DNA of 61,127 nucleotides, filler included. It is 13 parts of 13 records of this genome, joined end to end, with 100 filler letters (N's around TTAATTAATTAA, not from the genome) between each part and the next. Parts side by side here need not be neighbours in the genome. Positions count along the whole stretch, not along the records: positions 54,887 to 61,127 come from SRR7504441_968; 12 more parts are not named here. One strand, written 5' to 3'. The number at the start of each line of letters is the position of its first letter. Position 1 is the first letter of the stretch. The position numbers were made by a program, and so were the translations under genes. The notes under the pieces are model-generated. The model did not search any database, had not been told where the DNA came from, and was given only the letters and a program-made list of their open reading frames with translations. Of the stretch, positions 55,450 to 61,127 are shown piece by piece.

Positions 55450-58002
55450 TTAATGGTGAGCATGTGGATATTGCACAGGAGCCGGCTGTACTACACAGTC
55501 GTGTCCACGGATTGAGGCTGAGAGCTGTAGTGTACCATCTTCAAGGAGCGCGTGGTGGGACGACTCCAACTCAGAACCATCGGAACACTCGACACTCGAG
55601 CTCACACCAGCACCACCAATGCCGTGAAGGCTCCACACCACGTGTTCACGCGCGGCTTCGTAATTTGAATGCACCACCTTGAAGCGGAGCAATAGCCGCC
55701 CATCCTGACAAATCGCAAACCCTGCTGCAGCCCGCCAGTGCTCGCCTAGCTCCGCATACCTCATGGTCTGGCCGTCGTCGTCGTACAGCCCAGACCACTC
55801 AAACCGTTCGTCGGGTACCAGAGCGGCGCACGGAGTGGTGGCGGGCGGAACCCACACGCGGACACCAAGGCTCACCGGCTCTCCCGGCGAGCTGTGGAAG
55901 AAGAAGACCGGCTTGCCGCCCTTTACAAACAGCGCCGCGGTCATGACTGGGGTGGGTACTTGGGCCCATGTCTTGGGCTGGTACCTGGTGTTGCCGGTGC
56001 TGTTGAACCACGCGTGCCAGGAGCTAGCGGTTCCAGGGAAGTACACTCGTCGGCTGGTGCTCTGCGGGTCCGTCATGCCAGCAGGCGCAACCATCAGCGC
56101 ATCGCCGAGCAGAAACTGGTCGTCAATCCGCCAGCTGTCGCGCTCGTCAGGAGAGTCGACCACCAGCGCTCGAGCCAGGGGGATACCGGTCCGCGACTGG
56201 GCCTCGAATCCCGAATACAAGTACGCCTGGAGCCCGTCACGCAGGTCGTAATGAACCTGAAACATGGCCAGCCACTGCTCGGAGCAGTTGGCTGCGCCAG
56301 GCCCGCCTGAAGGCCAGAGAGTGGTCCCGTCGTGCGAGTCCCAGGCGTTGTACTGGGCCTGCGGGCTGAGGAACATCAGCTGGGTCCGGCGGGCAAAGTC
56401 CGCCCACTCCTTGGGGGTGTGATCGGGTCCGCAGGTGGCATGCCGCATCTCCGGTGCCCAGATCAGACCGCTGAACCCCGAGTTGACTACCCCACGCACA
56501 TACGTGGCATAATCGTACCCGTCGGAGTAGCTATTGGTAGGATAAGCCTGGCTGCCGGCGTACCCGCCGCGGCTCTGGAGCCAGGTCCGCTTGCCAAGGC
56601 TGGCAAACATCTCGTGGTACAGTCTCTGCATGATATAGCCTTGTATGTTGTGGAACTGATGTCCATAGAACCCCGAAGGGAAGACGGTGCTATCGTTGAA
56701 ACCAATGTCCACGTCCACGTCGTCCTCGTCCAGCTTGAACCCCATCGCCCCCGAGGCAATCGCGTGCGACAGCTGGTACTGCTTCCAGAGCTGCTGGCAG
56801 CGCGGCAGGGTCAGGTCCGAGAACTGCGACGGTGCCGGCTCGGTTAGCTGCGAGGGTGCCCCATGGGCTAGGCAGTCGGCCTTGGCCAGGCTCGTGTAGA
56901 AAGGGCCCTTCTGGTCCAGAATCGGGTGCTCCCATAGAATCATCTGGGTCGGGGCGATCGCCTTGATCATCGCGGGCACATCCGGGAACTTGTGCTGGTC
57001 CCAGTTGTATTGGGCGCCTTGCCAAGCTGGCTCGAGCACCGCGCGGTCGGGCCGGATCCCGCGCGCTGCAAACTGGCCGACCACGGTCTCGATGAAGCTG
57101 CTGTTGTACCCTGCTTCGGCCGGATCATATTTCATGCCCATTGCCCAGCGCGGCGGGAGAGACAGCCGGCCGCCCACCACCTCAGCAAACTGGCCAATCA
57201 CTGCCTTTGGTGTCGGCCCACTGAACAGGAAGTAGTCGTACACTGGGTCCGGGCTGGACACCACCAACCGGGACGAGTCGTTGTGCCCAATGTCAAACGC
57301 CGAGTAGCCGTGCGTGTTCAGGAAGAAACCGTGGGCGAGCGATCTGTTGGTGACCCGATCGACCGCTAGGCTGATGTATGAGGGCGAGGGCGCGTGCGAC
57401 GGGCCGCTGTCGAGCGTGCGCGAGAAGGTGGCGATGAACTTGGTCGAGCCGACGGCGCTCAGCCCTGCGGTGACGGTTTGGCCAAACCCGTAGATGTGCT
57501 CGTCGGTGACGCGGCCCGAGCTGTTGGACCGCAGCGACCGGAACCCGCGGAGACAGCCGCCGCTCGAGGCCACCGTTGTCCCGATCCCGGGGGCGAGCCC
57601 GGCCCAGCCCGGCGGGTCGCAGCTGGCGCCGGTGGCTGGGCGCGGCGGCTCGAGGTCGGCGCTCACCAGCACTCCGTTCAGGCTGAGTGCCACTGTGGGC
57701 TGGAGCCGGCTCACGTTGAGGCTCCAGCCGGGGCGTGAGAGGATTGTCCATTGGCTGGTGTTGGCCGCCAGCCCGAACTCAGCCCCGGGGGCCAGCGCGC
57801 TTTGGTTGATGAAGCCCTGGTACCGCCGGAAGTCCGGACTGGCCCCCGGCGGGACCACGGTCACCCGGGCCGCGCTGCCATCGCCCCCGGCCAGCGCGAC
57901 GGTCATGCGGCTGCCGTCCGGGTAAGGCCCAAACTCGATGCTGGCCGAGGCGCAGCCCAGCAGCAAGGCCGCCGCCAGCGTCCGCGGGAGCAGCGCAGCC
58001 AT
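55450..58002 (-). CDS. Secreted glycoside hydrolase family 31
   Basis: Signal peptide, EHIYGFGQ, SHAPSPSYIS, DYFLFSGPTPKAVI, LPPRWAMG, WDQHKFPD, nucleophile region GFKLDEDD, RGGYAGSQAY...YSD, GIPLARAL, DQFLLGDALMVAP and RRVYFP. Intronless. Confidence 0.9.
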   Translation of the reverse strand: MAALLPRTLAAALLLGCASASIEFGPYPDGSRMTVALAGGDGSAARVTVVPPGASPDFRRYQGFINQSALAPGAEFGLAANTSQWTILSRPGWSLNVSRLQPTVALSLNGVLVSADLEPPRPATGASCDPPGWAGLAPGIGTTVASSGGCLRGFRSLRSNSSGRVTDEHIYGFGQTVTAGLSAVGSTKFIATFSRTLDSGPSHAPSPSYISLAVDRVTNRSLAHGFFLNTHGYSAFDIGHNDSSRLVVSSPDPVYDYFLFSGPTPKAVIGQFAEVVGGRLSLPPRWAMGMKYDPAEAGYNSSFIETVVGQFAARGIRPDRAVLEPAWQGAQYNWDQHKFPDVPAMIKAIAPTQMILWEHPILDQKGPFYTSLAKADCLAHGAPSQLTEPAPSQFSDLTLPRCQQLWKQYQLSHAIASGAMGFKLDEDDVDVDIGFNDSTVFPSGFYGHQFHNIQGYIMQRLYHEMFASLGKRTWLQSRGGYAGSQAYPTNSYSDGYDYATYVRGVVNSGFSGLIWAPEMRHATCGPDHTPKEWADFARRTQLMFLSPQAQYNAWDSHDGTTLWPSGGPGAANCSEQWLAMFQVHYDLRDGLQAYLYSGFEAQSRTGIPLARALVVDSPDERDSWRIDDQFLLGDALMVAPAGMTDPQSTSRRVYFPGTASSWHAWFNSTGNTRYQPKTWAQVPTPVMTAALFVKGGKPVFFFHSSPGEPVSLGVRVWVPPATTPCAALVPDERFEWSGLYDDDGQTMRYAELGEHWRAAAGFAICQDGRLLLRFKVVHSNYEAAREHVVWSLHGIGGAGVSSSVECSDGSELESSHHALLEDGTLQLSASIRGHDCVVQPAPVQYPHAHH

Positions 58003-58113
58003 CTCCTCTGCCCAAGCGGAGAAGCGGCCTCTCTCTCGACCAACGGCAATCTATAAAAAGACATCTCGCCGAGGCAGCGTGGAGCGTGGTGGCTCTCGAC
58101 TGAGCGGCTTGGG

Positions 58114-59889
58114 ATGGCGGCGCTGGACCGGGAGACGCTGCTCAAGGGGCTCGGGCGGATCACCAAGTCGGCGGCCGGGAACCAGATCGTTTACACCGAG
58201 CTCTGCCTGGAGGAACGCCAGCTGAGCGAGCTGGAGCTGCTCGGAAAATACCCGCACCTGTCGCACCTGGCGCTATCCAACAACAAGATCCGCGATCTGG
58301 CCCCGCTGGCCGGGCTGCCGCACCTGCTCACCCTGGACCTCTCGCACAACCAGCTCGAGAGCGCGCTCGATTTCGATCCGCCGGCCAACCTGCACCGAGC
58401 CGACCTGTCGTACAACAAGATCAGCCAGCTCTCCGGGCTGGCCGGGCACCTGCAGCTGGCCACGCTGGTGCTGAGCAACAACCAGATCACCAGCCTAGCC
58501 CCGCTGGCCGGCCTCTCCCAGCTCCGCTATCTCGACGCCTCGTTCAACCAGCTGGATGGGCTGGAGGGGCTGAGCGACCAGCCGCTGATCGAACTGCACC
58601 TGAGCAACAACCGGCTGGCCAGCCTGGACGGGGTGCAGCGGCTGGCCCAGCTCCAGGTGATCACAGTCGAGCACAACCAGCTGAACTCGCTCGAGCCGCT
58701 CCGCGAGGCCAAGGGGCTGTACGCTGTGTCCGCAGCTCACAACAAACTCGAGCTCGAGCAGGCAGTCGGCCCGCTCCAGGAGCTGAGCAGTCTGCGGCAC
58801 CTGTCGCTCGCCGGCAACCCACTGGCCACAGGGCTGGTGCTCGACCAGACGCTGGCCGGGGCGATGGTTGGGCTGCCGGACATGCGGCGAGCGTGCTACC
58901 CTGACGCTGTGCTGTACAAGTTGCTCAGGCTGGAGACGCTGGACCAGCGGCCGGTGCAGCCGGAGGACAAGGTGCTGGCGGCCAACCTGGCAGGGGTGGA
59001 CCAGGACGCGCACGAGGCGTGTCACGAAAAGTATTTCCCCAAGGGCCAGGGCGGGATCAGAGACAAGGCGCTGGTGCTCGCGCGGCTGATGTACCCGAGT
59101 GCGTACAAGCCGGGCAGGATGGTCTTCCCGGACGTCTGGGTGCACCAGCAGCTCGAGCGCTGCCTGCAGGCCCAGTACCAGTGTGTGTGCCACCATGGCA
59201 GTTGGCAGGCTGACGATGCCCAGACTGATTTGAGCGAGGTGTGTGTGGAGCTGGTGCTGCAGGAGCCTGGGCCCACTCATCTGGTGCTCATGCTCGGGCA
59301 GCACCAGAGCTGCAACGCCGGCACCCAGAAGCTCAAGTCCTCGATCGCAGTGCAGCGCCGCCAGCCGAGGCAGGCCCGGGTGCGACGGCTGTTTGGCGCT
59401 CTAGACAAGGACAGCTCCGGGGCGATCGACAAGGCCGAGCTGGGGTTCGCCGACCGGAATGGCCGGTTCTTTGGCAAACTGGACGGGGACAAGGACGGGC
59501 GGGTGACTGTAGACGAGCTGGTGAGCTACTTTGAGGGCTCAGTCGAGCAGCGTGGGGAGGCGGCCGTCGACGCGTTCATTGGGCTGATGGAGCAGGGCTG
59601 CACGGGGGAGGCGGCCGGGCCGATGCCTGTGGAGAGTTTCCTGGAGTCGAGTCCGAGCATGCTGATTGGGACGGTGGAGGGATGGCTCAAGCCTGAGAGC
59701 GACGCCAGCATGTCGTACCAGGTGGTGGCGCAGGCTGTGCTGCAGGGCGCTGCGGTGGAGGCCGCGGGCGAGGGGTTCTTCCTTTGGGTATTCGGGAGCA
59801 GCAGCTTCACACTGGGAGGCCTCCAGTCCACTAGTTGCCAGCAAATGGTGGATCATTTCTCCCCAAGGCTTCGACAAGACATCTCCTAA
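58114..59889 (+). CDS. LRGUK-like axonemal leucine-rich repeat protein with EF-hand pair and no guanylate kinase domain
   Basis: SDS22-type LRRs with LRGUK-like signatures (LDFDPPANLHRADLSYNKIS; LLRLETLDQRPVQPEDKV.A.N). EF loops DKDSSGAIDKAEL and DGDKDGRVTVDEL. Confidence 0.75.
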   Translation: MAALDRETLLKGLGRITKSAAGNQIVYTELCLEERQLSELELLGKYPHLSHLALSNNKIRDLAPLAGLPHLLTLDLSHNQLESALDFDPPANLHRADLSYNKISQLSGLAGHLQLATLVLSNNQITSLAPLAGLSQLRYLDASFNQLDGLEGLSDQPLIELHLSNNRLASLDGVQRLAQLQVITVEHNQLNSLEPLREAKGLYAVSAAHNKLELEQAVGPLQELSSLRHLSLAGNPLATGLVLDQTLAGAMVGLPDMRRACYPDAVLYKLLRLETLDQRPVQPEDKVLAANLAGVDQDAHEACHEKYFPKGQGGIRDKALVLARLMYPSAYKPGRMVFPDVWVHQQLERCLQAQYQCVCHHGSWQADDAQTDLSEVCVELVLQEPGPTHLVLMLGQHQSCNAGTQKLKSSIAVQRRQPRQARVRRLFGALDKDSSGAIDKAELGFADRNGRFFGKLDGDKDGRVTVDELVSYFEGSVEQRGEAAVDAFIGLMEQGCTGEAAGPMPVESFLESSPSMLIGTVEGWLKPESDASMSYQVVAQAVLQGAAVEAAGEGFFLWVFGSSSFTLGGLQSTSCQQMVDHFSPRLRQDIS

Positions 59890-60136
59890 ACTCTCACAGT
59901 GGTACACGAAGCACGTTCGGCTCACCATCGCCCGAAGAGTAACCCGAAAAGTGCTCTCGCTTTAGTTTGTACGGTGCCAGCCAAACATTTTAGGCCCTTC
60001 AGCGGCTTATCTGTAGAGCTGTTTTGAAAATAATAGGTTTTATTTACAATAGTCTAAAATCTATCTAAAAAATCCCCATAACTCATCTTTGCGAAAGAAA
60101 AAGAAATCCCTGTAAATCCACACATCGTCCAACACA

Positions 60137-60882
60137 GTGGCGTCGCTGGAGTCGGGTTCGACGGCCGGGCTGCTGGTTCGGCAGCGGCTCGAGATCGAGG
60201 ATCTGCGCCAGCGGGCTCGGCTGAGTGCGCTGGCTGCCGTGCTGCACCGCCGGCTGTGGCTAGATCGCCGGCAACTAGCGTTTGCGCTAGGGGCGATCAG
60301 AGAGCGCAGGCTGGAGCAGCGGCTGGCCGAGGCCGAAGGCGCAGCCAGCCAGCTGGTGGCGGCGGCCGAGGAGAAGCTGCAGCTGCAGGCGCTCCCGGGC
60401 TGGCCGGTCGCTGGAGCGGCTGGGCAGGTAGCCGAGCAGAGAATAAAGCTGGCCCGGGGAGCTGCCGAGGCCGGGGCCAGGCTGGTCAGGAGTGCGCCCA
60501 GTCGAGCTTGGCTGGGTGCGAGGCCGGAGCAGGGTGGAGTAACAGACAAACGGACGATGTGCTCCGCAGGGCGGTCTCCGGTGCGCGCAGTTGCAAGGGC
60601 ACAGGGTTGAAGCTGGGTGCAGGCTGGAGGCGGCTGGTGGCACAGGCGAGCGAGACCACCTTGCTGAGGGTGCTCGGCTGCTGGCTGCGCATCCAGACAA
60701 CAGCCCGACAGAACTGCCTCAAGCAACGGGGCCTGGAGACGTGGCGGAGCGGGATGCAACGACACAGAGCGAGTGGCATTCTTGAGCAGCTCAAGGGCAT
60801 GAAGGCAGGGCTCGCACAAAGGTCTTCTTCTCGAGCCGCCCTACGAGATTCCATCGACGCTAGTAGCGTGGCATCACCATAA
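60137..60882 (+). CDS. Coiled-coil/helical hypothetical protein fragment lacking an evident ATG
   Basis: GC-rich coding-like frames 60137..60610 and 60256..60882 with intron-like segments and Trp-spaced helical repeats. Confidence 0.35.
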
Positions 60883-61127
60883 TCATGGCGTGAATGGTGC
60901 CATACTAATAATAATGCTATATCCGATGTGTTCTCTAACTCTATAATTCGTACTCGATTTTGAAATCAGCTGAATCACGCATGACTCGGCGTGCCCAGTA
61001 GTGGAAGTGCGCGTTGACCGGCCCAGCCGAGATCCTCCAGTCCCGTGCAGTTGTGGCTAGTTTGGGGTCCACCTGCGGCAGCTCTTGACCTGTCTTGATT
61101 GCGGCGGCTGCAGCCAGGTGCAGTTTG

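Noticed and set aside
30278-59889. Lack of introns as evidence of horizontal transfer or retrocopy (acid ceramidase, GH31, most of the OAS-like gene)
   Set aside because: Clearly native genes (LRGUK-like, TOR1-like, the long BIG exon) are also intron-free over kilobases.
1-61127. Transposases, viral hallmark genes, rRNA/tRNA genes, CRISPR arrays
   Set aside because: None recognised by eye. Small RNAs cannot be excluded without covariance-model searches.

Overview
This window is not one continuous locus. It is 13 short contigs joined by 100-nt N spacers, each carrying the artificial six-frame stop linker TTAATTAATTAA. The DNA comes from a gene-dense, probably flagellated microbial eukaryote whose lineage cannot be determined from this window. 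Introns are very short (about 34-57 nt) and spliceosomal, an unusually large share have GC donors, and most genes sit in compact head-to-head pairs. Most genes are housekeeping: a BIG/Sec7 ARF-GEF, ATAD5/ELG1, HBS1, a CCA-adding enzyme, a MYND-USP, an acid ceramidase, a PPEF phosphatase, an M16 peptidase, an EamA transporter, an SDR epimerase, an LRGUK-like LRR protein, a TORTIFOLIA1-like HEAT protein and a GH31 glycosidase. The standout is on contig 38474-44328: a >1250-aa protein with the order MYND zinc finger, DUF4470-like domain, SEL1 repeats, then an apparently catalytically intact 2'-5'-oligoadenylate synthetase (OAS/CD-NTase) module. It sits head-to-head with an ankyrin-repeat gene and near a DUF3293-like gene, making it a candidate protist nucleotide-second-messenger immune system. 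All family calls come from motif recognition by eye, and introns were inferred manually. No searches were run.
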